Shown here in pieces: positions 8,932-18,464 of a stretch of DNA of 32,000 nucleotides. Position 1 is the stretch's first letter; every line of letters begins with the position of its first letter. The notes below the pieces were generated by a model. It made no database searches. It was not told the origin of the DNA and was given only the letters and a program-made list of their open reading frames with translations. Location: contig CAZIYE010000001.1 in the NCBI GenBank assembly GCA_964543385.1, positions 1-32,000 of the forward strand. Direction: 5' to 3'. Origin of the DNA: an uncultured Candidatus Saccharibacteria bacterium (GTDB lineage: Bacteria; Patescibacteriota; UBA1384; XYA2-FULL-43-10; 1-14-0-10-43-13). Made by a program: the position numbers and the translations under genes.

Positions 8932-11900
8932 ATGGCAAATTATGAAATAAAAGATCAAGTAACAGTTTCCGATTTCGAAGCAATTCGAATCTCTGTTGCT
9001 TCTCCAGAAGATATCTTGTCTTGGTCTCATGGCGAGGTTCTAAAACCGGAAACTATTAATTATAGAACACAGAAGCCTGAACGCGATGGTTTATTCTGCG
9101 AAAAAATCTTTGGTCCCACAAAAGACTGGGAATGTTATTGTGGCAAATATAAGAAGATTCGTTATAAAGGAATTATTTGTGATAAATGTGGTGTTGAAGT
9201 GACTCGCTCGGCTGTTCGACGTGTAAGAATGGGACATATTGATCTTTCTGTCCCAGTTTCCCACATCTGGTATTCAAAAGGTTCGTCCAGCGTTGCTGCG
9301 ACAATTCTAAATTTAACTGGTGCAGATATTGAAAAGGTAGCATACTTTGCAAGCTACGTGATTCTTGAAGTTAAGGAAGACTTACAAAAACAAAGCATAG
9401 AAAGTCTTGAGAAGGAATATCAGGAGTATATTGCAGAGGTTAAGGCTGGCGCCGAAGGTACTCCTACTACAGAAATTGATCAGGTATATAAGGAAACAAG
9501 AAGCGAACTTCTATCTCTAGAAGTAGGCAAGATTATTTCAGAACAAGTTTACCGCGAACTAAACCTAAAATATGGACAGATTGTTCGTGTCGGTATCGGC
9601 GCAGAGGCAATTCTTGAGCTCTTAAAAAATGTTGATCTTGCTGCAGAAGCAGAAAAATCCAAAGAAACTTCAAAGAAACAAGCCGGACCAACTCGAGTTA
9701 AAACACTAAAAAGATTGAGAGTCTTGCAGAGCATGCTTACAGCAGGTATAAATCCTGCATGGCTTGTCCTTACAAAGCTTCCAGTTATCCCACCAGATCT
9801 ACGTCCAATGGTTCAACTTGATGGTGGTCGTTTCGCTGCTTCAGACTTGAATGATCTTTATAGAAGAGTTATAAACAGAAACAACCGTTTGAAGAGATTG
9901 CTTTCACAGGGAGCGCCAGAGGTTATTTGTCGAAATGAAAAGAGAATGCTTCAGGAAGCAGTTGATGCTTTAATTGATAATTCTGCAAGAAAAGACAAAA
10001 TAGCTTCAACTACCGGAGGCAAGAGAAAGCTCCGATCTCTTTCGGATATGCTTAGAGGCAAACAAGGACGCTTCCGACAGAATCTTCTCGGTAAACGTGT
10101 TGACTATTCTGGTCGTTCAGTAATTGTCGTTGGCCCAAAACTTAAGCTTCATCAATGTGGCTTACCAAAAGTTATGGCTATGGAATTATTCAAACCGTTT
10201 GTTATAGGCCGTCTTATCGGCGATGGTTATGTTCATAATGTTAAAAATGCAACTAGACTGATAGAAAAAGGTGAATCATTCGTTTGGGACATTCTCGAAG
10301 ATGTTATTAGGGATAAATATGTTCTTCTTAATCGTGCCCCGACTCTTCATAGACTAGGTATCCAAGCTTTTCAACCAGTTTTGATTGAAGGTAAGGCAAT
10401 TCAGATTCATCCATTAGTCTGTTCAGCTTTCAATGCAGACTTTGATGGTGATCAGATGGCTGTTCATCTTCCAATTTCTGACAATGCACAAAAAGAAGCA
10501 AGAGAAATTATGCTGTCTGCACGTAACCTTTTGAAGCCTGCTTCAGGCGATCCAGTAGTAGCTCCTTCTCAGGACATTATTCTTGGCTGTCATTATGTAA
10601 CTATGCTAGAGCCAGGGAAAAATGGGAGTGGTGCAGTATTCTCTTCTGAGAGTCAAGCTGTATCAGCCTATGATTTAGGCAGTCTTGATCTTCAAGCTCC
10701 AATAAAAATTAGACTTTCATCATCAAATGATATCGTCGAAACAACAGTTGGACGAGTTCTGTTCAATGAAATTGTGCCTGAAGGTTATGGTTTTATTAAT
10801 GAAGCTCTTAACAAAAAAGCTATTGGTAAAACAATCGATAACGTTTACAGGGCTTATGGCACAGAAGTAACTGCAAAATTTGTAGATGATATCAAAGATA
10901 TTGGTTTTAAATATGCGCAAAAGTCTGCTATGACTTTTGCTGTAGATGATATTCATATCCCAGAAACTAAGGCTGCTATAATGTCTGAATCAGAAAAGCA
11001 GGTTAAAAGCATCGACAGCCTTTTCTTTAAAGGATTAATCACAGATGATGAGCGTTACAATAAGACCATCGAGGTCTGGATGGGTGCCCAATCGCAGATG
11101 GAAAAAGACATGATGGCAGAGTTTCCAAAAGCAAACGACCTTTATATCATCATGAATTCTGGAGCAAGAGGTAATATCTCTCAGATGACACAGGTTGCTG
11201 CCATGAAAGGTATGGTTGCTGATCCTACAGGCGCTATTATCGAACTTCCAATCAGATCGAACTTTAAAGAAGGTCTTTCAGTTTTTGAATACTTTGTATC
11301 AACTCATGGTTCTAGAAAAGGTCGTGCTGACACCGCTCTTAGAACCTCGGAAGCTGGTTATCTGACCCGTCGTCTTGTAGATGTATCTCAGGATATGGTT
11401 ATTACATCGACTGACTGTGGAACAAAGGCGACTAGGACTATTTCAAAGAAATTCTATGAAGATCTCGGCGAAACTTGGGATAAATATATTCTCAGCAGAA
11501 TACTTGGCAAGGATACTCTCGGTATCAAGGCAGGTTCATTGATAGATAAAGTTGTCTTAGAAAAATTCAACCAAGCAAACCTTGCTGAAGTAGAAATTTT
11601 CTCTTTACTCGGATGTGAAGCTACTCGCGGAGTTTGCCAAAAATGTTATGGCGTAGATCTCGCTACCGGTAAGCCAGTTGAAATAGGTACTGCAGTCGGT
11701 ATTATTGCTGCTCAAGCTATTGGTGAGCCTGGTACACAGCTTACCATGAGAACCTTCCATACTGGTGGTGCTGCTGGTGAGGATATTACAGCCGGTTTGC
11801 CACGTGTTGAAGAACTTTTCGAGGCTAGAGTGCCCAAGAAGCCAGCCATACTTTCTGAGCTAGCAGGCAAGGTCGCTATCAAGAAAAACGATGATAATAC

Positions 11901-12690
11901 CGTGATATTAGTCTCCGGTAAGGGTGAAATACGTGAGGAGATATCAATTGATGCCAGCTTTAATTTCGTTGTTGAAAGCGGATCTGATGTCGTTAAAAAT
12001 CAGACAATCGCTGAATCTAGCGAAACAGGTAAAAAACCGGTAAGAGCAACATTCTCTGGTAAATTCTCTATTCTAAAAGAGAATCGAGGCCTACTTACTG
12101 GAGAAGGACAAACAGAGAAAGAATTTGTTGTTCCAAAAACCACTCAGCTGTTAGTAAAAGAGGGGGATGAGATAATCAAAGGACAAGCACTGACCGAAGG
12201 TCATTATGACCTATCCGCAAGTCTTAGATTAAATGGAACTGCAAAAACACAAAGTCATATTATCAAACAGGTTCAATCTATATATGAGTCACAAGGACAG
12301 GATATCAATGATAAACACATTGAGGTTATTGTTAAGATGATGCATAGCAAAGTCAAGATTATGGAAGCTGGTGATTCTAAATATTTACCAGGACAAGTTA
12401 TTTCCAGAATCGATGTTGCTGAGGTAAATAGATTACTGGCTGCAGAAGGCAAGAAACAAGCCAAATCGGAAGATATGATATTGGGAATCACCCGCGTAGC
12501 TTTGAAGACAGACAGTTTCTTATCAGCTGCCTCATTCCAAGAGACTACCTCAATTCTTATCGATGCTGCTATCTCAGGGAGAATCGATTATCTAAGAGGA
12601 CTAAAGGAAAATGTTATTATAGGTAAACTTATTCCTGCCGGTACAGGCTTCTATAAGGATGCCGAAGAAGAAGTCAACGAAGAAGTATAG
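8932..12690 (+). CDS. rpoC: DNA-directed RNA polymerase subunit beta'
   Basis: Catalytic NADFDGDQMAVH, zinc-binding CYCGKYKKIRYKGIICDKCGVEVT, and CEATRGVCQKCYGVDLATG. Confidence 0.99.
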   Translation: MANYEIKDQVTVSDFEAIRISVASPEDILSWSHGEVLKPETINYRTQKPERDGLFCEKIFGPTKDWECYCGKYKKIRYKGIICDKCGVEVTRSAVRRVRMGHIDLSVPVSHIWYSKGSSSVAATILNLTGADIEKVAYFASYVILEVKEDLQKQSIESLEKEYQEYIAEVKAGAEGTPTTEIDQVYKETRSELLSLEVGKIISEQVYRELNLKYGQIVRVGIGAEAILELLKNVDLAAEAEKSKETSKKQAGPTRVKTLKRLRVLQSMLTAGINPAWLVLTKLPVIPPDLRPMVQLDGGRFAASDLNDLYRRVINRNNRLKRLLSQGAPEVICRNEKRMLQEAVDALIDNSARKDKIASTTGGKRKLRSLSDMLRGKQGRFRQNLLGKRVDYSGRSVIVVGPKLKLHQCGLPKVMAMELFKPFVIGRLIGDGYVHNVKNATRLIEKGESFVWDILEDVIRDKYVLLNRAPTLHRLGIQAFQPVLIEGKAIQIHPLVCSAFNADFDGDQMAVHLPISDNAQKEAREIMLSARNLLKPASGDPVVAPSQDIILGCHYVTMLEPGKNGSGAVFSSESQAVSAYDLGSLDLQAPIKIRLSSSNDIVETTVGRVLFNEIVPEGYGFINEALNKKAIGKTIDNVYRAYGTEVTAKFVDDIKDIGFKYAQKSAMTFAVDDIHIPETKAAIMSESEKQVKSIDSLFFKGLITDDERYNKTIEVWMGAQSQMEKDMMAEFPKANDLYIIMNSGARGNISQMTQVAAMKGMVADPTGAIIELPIRSNFKEGLSVFEYFVSTHGSRKGRADTALRTSEAGYLTRRLVDVSQDMVITSTDCGTKATRTISKKFYEDLGETWDKYILSRILGKDTLGIKAGSLIDKVVLEKFNQANLAEVEIFSLLGCEATRGVCQKCYGVDLATGKPVEIGTAVGIIAAQAIGEPGTQLTMRTFHTGGAAGEDITAGLPRVEELFEARVPKKPAILSELAGKVAIKKNDDNTVILVSGKGEIREEISIDASFNFVVESGSDVVKNQTIAESSETGKKPVRATFSGKFSILKENRGLLTGEGQTEKEFVVPKTTQLLVKEGDEIIKGQALTEGHYDLSASLRLNGTAKTQSHIIKQVQSIYESQGQDINDKHIEVIVKMMHSKVKIMEAGDSKYLPGQVISRIDVAEVNRLLAAEGKKQAKSEDMILGITRVALKTDSFLSAASFQETTSILIDAAISGRIDYLRGLKENVIIGKLIPAGTGFYKDAEEEVNEEV

Positions 12691-12693
12691 ACT

Positions 12694-12722
12694 TTGACAA
12701 TACAGTATATTTGTGATAAATT
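12694..12722 (+). promoter_or_regulatory. Promoter upstream of rpsL
   Basis: TTGACA (12694-12699), 17 nt, TAAATT (12717-12722), directly after the rpoC stop. Confidence 0.6.
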
Positions 12723-12805
12723 AACCCAAGTAAATATCAAAAATAAACATTTTTCCTTTGCCAATAAATGGTTAATGGAAAATGATAAATGGAAAATAAA
12801 CGATT

Positions 12806-13219
12806 ATGCCAACAATTAATCAATTAGTAAGACAGGGACGCCAGAAAAACGTAAAAAGGTCAAAGACCACAGCTTTAAAGACCACTTTTAACTATCTTGA
12901 GAACAAACCAGTTAAATTAGGATGCCCTCAAAAAAGAGGTGTTTGCATCAAGGTTGGTACGATGACTCCAAAGAAACCAAACTCAGCTCTTCGAAAATTT
13001 GCCAGAGTCAGACTTACTAATGGTTATGAGGTCAACGCATATATTGGCGGTGAAGGGCATGAACTTCAAGAACACTCAGTTGTAGTAATCAGAGGTGGTC
13101 GCGTAAAGGACCTTCCTGGTATGCGATATCATATTGTGCGCGGTAAGTTAGACCTAACCGGTGTTAAAGGCCGAAAGAAGTCTCGAAGTAAGTACGGTGC
13201 AAAATCAGGTAAAGAATAA
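12806..13219 (+). CDS. rpsL: 30S ribosomal protein S12
   Basis: [12 protein letters not shown]…[74 protein letters not shown]. Confidence 0.99.
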   Translation: MPTINQLVRQGRQKNVKRSKTTALKTTFNYLENKPVKLGCPQKRGVCIKVGTMTPKKPNSALRKFARVRLTNGYEVNAYIGGEGHELQEHSVVVIRGGRVKDLPGMRYHIVRGKLDLTGVKGRKKSRSKYGAKSGKE

Positions 13220-13301
13220 TAACTAGAATTAAGTTAATAATTAGTAAATCAATAAGTTTGTTTCGATAAGATAACCCCTTATTGTTTGAAAAAAGGAAAC
13301 C

Positions 13302-13778
13302 ATGCCAAGAGGAAATGCACACATTAAAAAGATCCCTATCCTTGCTGATGAGAGATTTCAGAGTATGATCATCTCAAAATTCATGAACTATATCATGTTA
13401 AATGGTAAAAAGACCGTAGCAGAGAGAATAGTTTATGGCGCTCTAGATAAAGCTGTTGAGAAGTTGGGAGGAGAGCATCTAGATGTCTTTAATCAAGCTC
13501 TCAAAAATGTTGGACCACTAGTAGAGGTTAAAAGCAAGAGAATCGGTGGTGCAAACTATCAAGTTCCTATGGAAGTAGATAAAGACAGAAAAAATACACT
13601 CGCAATGAGATGGATCATTGCAGCAGCCAGAGGCGGTAAGGGTCGCCCAATGGCAGAGAAGCTCGCAACAGAGATCGTCAACGCTTACAACGGCGAAGGT
13701 GCAGCTATCAAGAAAAAAGAAGATACGCACCGAATGGCCGAGGCAAACAAAGCTTTCGCTCACTTTGCAAGATTCTAA
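13302..13778 (+). CDS. rpsG: 30S ribosomal protein S7
   Basis: FMNYIMLNGKKTVAERIVYGALDK; ALKNVGPLVEVKSKRIGGANYQVPMEV; THRMAEANKAFAHFARF. Confidence 0.99.
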   Translation: MPRGNAHIKKIPILADERFQSMIISKFMNYIMLNGKKTVAERIVYGALDKAVEKLGGEHLDVFNQALKNVGPLVEVKSKRIGGANYQVPMEVDKDRKNTLAMRWIIAAARGGKGRPMAEKLATEIVNAYNGEGAAIKKKEDTHRMAEANKAFAHFARF

Positions 13779-13802
13779 TTCAAATACAAAGCTGTATATA
13801 TT

Positions 13803-13832
13803 AAAAAATGACCTGAAACATGGTCATTTTTT
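13803..13832. terminator. Bidirectional rho-independent terminator between convergent genes
   Basis: AAAAAATGACC-TGAAACAT-GGTCATTTTTT perfect 11-nt arms; poly-A on one side and poly-T on the other serve both strands. Confidence 0.85.
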
Positions 13833-13863
13833 AATAATCTATATGCAGTTGATTTTTTCGGGT

Positions 13864-13894
13864 TGCCGAATTGCGATCACATCGCAATTCGGCA
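13864..13894. repeat. Perfect 14-bp inverted repeat with 3-nt loop
   Basis: TGCCGAATTGCGAT-CAC-ATCGCAATTCGGCA, immediately 3' of the minus-strand gene stop; no T-tract next to either arm. Confidence 0.9.
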
Positions 13895-13896
13895 GG

Positions 13897-14292
13897 TCAT
13901 TGGTCAGTAATCAAAACAGAGACATTCCACGATCCGGGAGTTGCCAGCTTCTTAGGCTGGTACCAGCGTTGAATTTCGCGGTACATTTTAGCAACTACTG
14001 ACTTAGCAGCATTGCGGATGGCAATAGATGGGTTGTAGTCCCATTTACTCTCTAAAACTTTGCCATCTACGCTTTCTATGCTACAGGTGTAAGAATGTAT
14101 CTGATGAGGGCCGACCGAGTCACGTACGTGACATTCGAGGAATACTTTCAAAGACCTTTCGAGAAAGGATCTTTGTAAACCAGGAGCCAATCTCGGTAGA
14201 TATGTTCGTATTGTCATATCATACCTTAACCACTCCTGATCTATTGGACGGATAGTTACTTCAATCCAAGGTATGGTTAACGGTTCAACCAT
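13897..14292 (-). CDS. Small protein, possible diverged S30AE/HPF-like (ribosome hibernation) fold
   Basis: 131-aa ORF on the minus strand starting at ATG 14292 (MVEPLTIPWIEVTIRP…), preceded by GAGGAG RBS; occupies most of an otherwise empty 0.7 kb gap. Predicted beta-alpha-beta-beta-beta-alpha layout ending 'SIAIRNAAKSVVAKMYREIQRWYQ'. The gene call is good; the function is inference only. Confidence 0.7.
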   Translation of the reverse strand: MVEPLTIPWIEVTIRPIDQEWLRYDMTIRTYLPRLAPGLQRSFLERSLKVFLECHVRDSVGPHQIHSYTCSIESVDGKVLESKWDYNPSIAIRNAAKSVVAKMYREIQRWYQPKKLATPGSWNVSVLITDQ

Positions 14293-14330
14293 AATCTTCT
14301 CCTCAAACGAGATTGTGCAGAGTTTAGCAA

Positions 14331-14358
14331 AGTATCTATTTAACCGCAATAGTTTCAA
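14331..14358 (-). promoter_or_regulatory. Possible promoter for the minus-strand gene
   Basis: On the minus strand TTGAAA (14358-14353), 16 nt, GATACT (14336-14331). Confidence 0.4.
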
Positions 14359-14370
14359 TAGGAGATCCTG

Positions 14371-14399
14371 TTGACAGTAACTCTAAAATTAGTTATTAT
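14371..14399 (+). promoter_or_regulatory. Promoter for fusA
   Basis: TTGACA (14371-14376), 17 nt, TATTAT (14394-14399). Confidence 0.8.
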
Positions 14400-14472
14400 T
14401 AAGCAGCAAAACGAGGGGAATTTTTTAGTTAGGAAACAAATTGGAATTAATTTAAAAGATCGAGGAATTTAA

Positions 14473-16548
14473 ATGAGTCGAGATTACCCATTAGAAAACG
14501 TGCGTAATATAGGTACTATTGCCCATATTGATGCAGGAAAAACTACTGTTACTGAAGGTATTCTATACACTTCTGGCCGTGTCCATAAAATTGGTGAAGT
14601 TCATGAGGGTGCTGCAACTATGGACTGGATGGAACAAGAGCGTGAACGTGGTATTACTATTACTTCTGCTGCCACTACTTGTTTTTGGAAAAATCATCGC
14701 ATCAATATTATTGATACACCAGGTCACGTAGACTTTACTGTTGAGGTAGAGCGCTCTTTGCGTGTCTTGGATGGTGCTGTTGTTATTTTTGATGGTAAAA
14801 TGGGTGTTGAACCACAGAGCGAGACTGTTTGGAGACAAGCAGACAACTACAAAGTTCCTCGAATGTGCTTTATTAATAAGATCAATCAAACCGGTGGTGA
14901 TTTTTATCGATCTCTTGGTTCTATTCACGCCAGATTGTCGAAAAACGCTTCTCCTATCATGATCCCTATTGGTTTTGAACAATCAATTAATGGAGTAATT
15001 GATTTGGTGCATATGAAGTCGCTTACTTATAGCGAATATAAAGATAAAGCTCTTGTGGAAGGCGAAATTCCTGCAGATATGGTAGAGAAAGCAAACGAAT
15101 GGCGAGAAAAGCTAGTTGAGAAGGTTGTGGAATATGATGATGAAGCTATGGAAAAATATTTGAACGGCGAGGCAATTTCAAATAGTGAGCTCCACATTCT
15201 AGTTCGAAAAGCATGTCTCTCTAGTCAGTTTTATCCAGTGCTTGGTGGCGATGGTCGTGGAATTATCGTTTCGAGTTTGCTTGATTCTATTGTGTCTTAT
15301 CTGCCTTCACCGATTGATATTGATCCAGCTCATGGTATAGATCCAAAAACAGAGGAAGATATCCAGGTAAAACCAATCGATAGCGAGCCATTTGCTGCTC
15401 TTGCGTTTAAGGTTGCAACCGACCCATTTGTTGGTAAACTCATTTTCTTCCGTGTTTATCGCGGTGTACTTAAAAAAGGCTCATATATTTTAAATTCTAC
15501 CTCTGGCGATAAAGAAAGAGTTGGACGTGTTGTTAGACTTCATGCAAATCATCGTGAAGAAGTAGACGAAGTTTATGCAGGTGAAATTGCCGCTGCTGTA
15601 GGTTTGTCAAACACAACCACCGGTGACACGCTTTGCGATCCCTCAAAACCTGTTATCCTTGAGAAAATTGTCTTTCCAGAACCTGTTATCGATATTGCAA
15701 TTGAGCCAAAGACAAAAGCTGATCAGGAAAAAATGGGCATTGCTCTTCAAAGACTTGCTGAAGAAGACCCAACATTCCGAGTCCATAGCGACGAAGAAAC
15801 TGGCCAGACAATTATTGCCGGTATGGGTGAGCTTCATCTAGAAATTATCGTGGATAGGATGAAGAGAGAATTCAAGGTAGAAGCAAATGTTGGTGCTCCT
15901 CAAGTTGCTTACCGCGAAACAATCAAATCAGAAGTTGCATCTGAGGGTAAGTACATCAGACAGACTGGTGGTCGTGGTCAATATGGTCATTGCTTGCTTA
16001 GGATTAAACCAAGTGAACAGGGCCAGGGATTTGTATTTATTAACTCTATTGTTGGTGGTTCTATTCCAAGAGAATATATAAAGCCTATTGAAGAAGGTAT
16101 CAAAGAAGCAATGGCCAGAGGTGTCATCGCTAGTTATCCCGTAGTAGATGTCTCTGTTGAGGTTTATGACGGATCATTTCATGAAGTTGACTCTTCCGAA
16201 ATGGCTTTCAAAATTGCTGGCTCAATGGCTTTTCAAGATGGTTTCAAAAAGGCTAATCCTGTTATTCTAGAGCCTATTATGAAGGTAGAGGTTACAACGC
16301 CAGAAGATTTTATGGGTGATGTTATCGGCGATCTTAACTCGAAACGTGGCCAAATTAATAAGATGGAAGATTTGCCAAGTGGAATTAAGCTAATTAGTGC
16401 CTTCGTTCCTCTTGGATCAATGTTTGGCTATACAACAAGCTTGAGATCAATGTCCCAAGGACGAGCTGCATCTTCAATGGAGTTCGCTCACTATGCAGAA
16501 GTCCCAGGCAATGTAACCAAAGAGATTATTGAAAAGAGAAGCAAATAA
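14473..16548 (+). CDS. fusA: Translation elongation factor G
   Basis: [69 protein letters not shown]; GAGG RBS. Confidence 0.99.
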   Translation: MSRDYPLENVRNIGTIAHIDAGKTTVTEGILYTSGRVHKIGEVHEGAATMDWMEQERERGITITSAATTCFWKNHRINIIDTPGHVDFTVEVERSLRVLDGAVVIFDGKMGVEPQSETVWRQADNYKVPRMCFINKINQTGGDFYRSLGSIHARLSKNASPIMIPIGFEQSINGVIDLVHMKSLTYSEYKDKALVEGEIPADMVEKANEWREKLVEKVVEYDDEAMEKYLNGEAISNSELHILVRKACLSSQFYPVLGGDGRGIIVSSLLDSIVSYLPSPIDIDPAHGIDPKTEEDIQVKPIDSEPFAALAFKVATDPFVGKLIFFRVYRGVLKKGSYILNSTSGDKERVGRVVRLHANHREEVDEVYAGEIAAAVGLSNTTTGDTLCDPSKPVILEKIVFPEPVIDIAIEPKTKADQEKMGIALQRLAEEDPTFRVHSDEETGQTIIAGMGELHLEIIVDRMKREFKVEANVGAPQVAYRETIKSEVASEGKYIRQTGGRGQYGHCLLRIKPSEQGQGFVFINSIVGGSIPREYIKPIEEGIKEAMARGVIASYPVVDVSVEVYDGSFHEVDSSEMAFKIAGSMAFQDGFKKANPVILEPIMKVEVTTPEDFMGDVIGDLNSKRGQINKMEDLPSGIKLISAFVPLGSMFGYTTSLRSMSQGRAASSMEFAHYAEVPGNVTKEIIEKRSK

Positions 16549-16561
16549 GCAAGGATTACTC

Positions 16562-16590
16562 TTGCAATAAACCAGTAAATTTGTTATAAT
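16562..16590 (+). promoter_or_regulatory. Promoter for tuf(-rpsJ)
   Basis: TTGCAA (16562-16567), 17 nt, TATAAT (16585-16590). Confidence 0.7.
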
Positions 16591-16703
16591 TGCCAATGAG
16601 AAAAGAATCAGTACCGAATTATTTTCGAACAAGGCAATTAGCTCATAGTTTCAAAAGGTAATTTTTAACTTTTAGTTTTAGATAAGTAAGAAGGAGAATT
16701 AAA

Positions 16704-17879
16704 ATGGCAGAAATGTTTAAAAGAACTAAGCCACACGTAAACATTGGCACTATCGGTCACGTTGACCATGGTAAAACCACCCTAACTGCAGCAATTACAA
16801 ATGTACTTGCTAAAAAGGGTATGGCTACAGCACGAAAATTTGATGAAATTGACAATGCTCCTGAAGAGAAAGAGCGCGGTATTACTATTGCGACTTCTCA
16901 CCAAGAGTATGAGACCGCAAAGAGACACTATGCTCATGTAGACTGTCCAGGGCATGCTGACTATGTTAAAAATATGATTACTGGTGCTGCACAGATGGAC
17001 GGTGCAATCTTGGTAGTTGCTGCGACTGATGGCCCTATGCCTCAGACTCGCGAGCACATCCTTTTGGCAAATCAAATCGGCGTACCTGCAATTGTTGTTT
17101 ATTTGAACAAATGCGATATGGTTGATGACGAAGAGCTTATTGACCTTGTAGAAATGGAAGTTAGAGAACTTCTTACTAAATATGAATTTGATGGTGACAA
17201 TACTAAGATCATCCGTGGTTCAGCATTGAAAGCTCTTGAAGGTGATGCTAAATGGGAAAAGTCAATTGACGAGCTTATGGATGCTGTTGATGAGTCAATC
17301 CCAGAGCCAAAACGTGTTCTAGACAAGCCATTTCTTATGCCTGTTGAGGATGTATTCTCAATCAAAGGCCGAGGAACTGTGGCTACTGGTAGAATCGAGC
17401 AAGGCGTAGTCAAGGTTGGCGAGACTGTTGAAATCGTCGGAATACGAAAAACTTCAACTACAGTAGTAACTGGTGTTGAGATGTTTAAAAAACAACTTGA
17501 TCAAGGTCAAGCTGGTGATAATGTAGGTCTTCTTCTTCGTGGTATCGAGCGCGATGATATCGAGAGAGGTCAAGTTCTTGCAAAACCAGGATCAATCACT
17601 CCTCATACTGAATTTGAAGCAAACATTTATGCTTTGACAAAAGAGGAAGGTGGCCGACACACTCCATTTTTCAAAGGTTACAAACCACAGTTCTATATTA
17701 GAACAACTGACGTTACTGGTGATATTGAGTTTGAGCAAGAGATGATCATGCCTGGCGATAATGCCGCTGTGAAAGTCAAACTGATCCAACCAATTGCTAT
17801 GGACGAAGGTCTAAAGTTCGCTATCCGTGAAGGTGGCCGAACTGTTGGTGCTGGTGTAGTAGCAAAAATTATCAAATAA
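16704..17879 (+). CDS. tuf: Translation elongation factor Tu
   Basis: [65 protein letters not shown]. Confidence 0.99.
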   Translation: MAEMFKRTKPHVNIGTIGHVDHGKTTLTAAITNVLAKKGMATARKFDEIDNAPEEKERGITIATSHQEYETAKRHYAHVDCPGHADYVKNMITGAAQMDGAILVVAATDGPMPQTREHILLANQIGVPAIVVYLNKCDMVDDEELIDLVEMEVRELLTKYEFDGDNTKIIRGSALKALEGDAKWEKSIDELMDAVDESIPEPKRVLDKPFLMPVEDVFSIKGRGTVATGRIEQGVVKVGETVEIVGIRKTSTTVVTGVEMFKKQLDQGQAGDNVGLLLRGIERDDIERGQVLAKPGSITPHTEFEANIYALTKEEGGRHTPFFKGYKPQFYIRTTDVTGDIEFEQEMIMPGDNAAVKVKLIQPIAMDEGLKFAIREGGRTVGAGVVAKIIK

Positions 17880-17908
17880 GCTGTAAGCAGTAAGAAACAA
17901 GCAAAAAA

Positions 17909-18235
17909 ATGTCAGCAGAAAAGACCGCAGTACGACAAAAAATTCGAATACGCCTAAAGGCTTATGATCATCGAATTATCGATAAGTCAGCCCAGCAAAT
18001 TATTGAGACAGCAGTCCGATCAGGAGCTGCAGTTGCAGGGCCAATTCCTCTACCTACAGAGAAGAGCAAGATCACAGTTCTTAAATCTCCTCATGTATAC
18101 AAGGATGCTAGAGAGCAGTTTGAGATGAGAACTCATAAGAGACTCATTGATATCTTAAACCCAACCTCGAAGACAATCGATAATCTTATGGGATTAGACT
18201 TGCCTCATGGTGTTGACATAGAAATAAAGATGTAA
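17909..18235 (+). CDS. rpsJ: 30S ribosomal protein S10
   Basis: [31 protein letters not shown]…[24 protein letters not shown]…[11 protein letters not shown]. Confidence 0.98.
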   Translation: MSAEKTAVRQKIRIRLKAYDHRIIDKSAQQIIETAVRSGAAVAGPIPLPTEKSKITVLKSPHVYKDAREQFEMRTHKRLIDILNPTSKTIDNLMGLDLPHGVDIEIKM

Positions 18236-18240
18236 CTATA

Positions 18241-18298
18241 GTTCAGAGTCAGGAGCTAAGAAACCAGAGGATTATCCTCGGATCTCTTAGCTCTGAAC
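18241..18298 (+). promoter_or_regulatory. Structured intergenic RNA element between rpsJ and rplC
   Basis: Nested inverted repeats: GTTCA/TGAAC (18241-18245/18294-18298), GAGCTAAGA/TCTTAGCTC (18253-18261/18285-18293), GAGGA/TCCTC (18267-18271/18275-18279). No T-tract follows. Confidence 0.6.
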
Positions 18299-18315
18299 AC
18301 TCAACTATTGAGACG

Positions 18316-18350
18316 TTGACTTTTCGAGTCAAATGTAGTAAATTTATACT
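18316..18350 (+). promoter_or_regulatory. Possible promoter for the rplC operon
   Basis: TTGACT (18316-18321), 17 nt, TAAATT (18339-18344); an overlapping TATACT at 18345-18350 is an alternative -10. Confidence 0.45.
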
Positions 18351-18464
18351 GTTGTTTGAATAAAACTCAGTAAACAAGTCATGGATATCGTCTCGGCTGC
18401 TTGATCAGACGGATGGATCTACGACCATTATAGTTTTGTAGCAATTTGTAATTATAAATATCAC

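Noticed and set aside
13618-14001. Plus-strand 127-aa ORF overlapping rpsG and running into the gap
   Set aside because: It overlaps the conserved rpsG in another frame, crosses a strong terminator hairpin, and is antisense to the better supported 13897-14292 gene.
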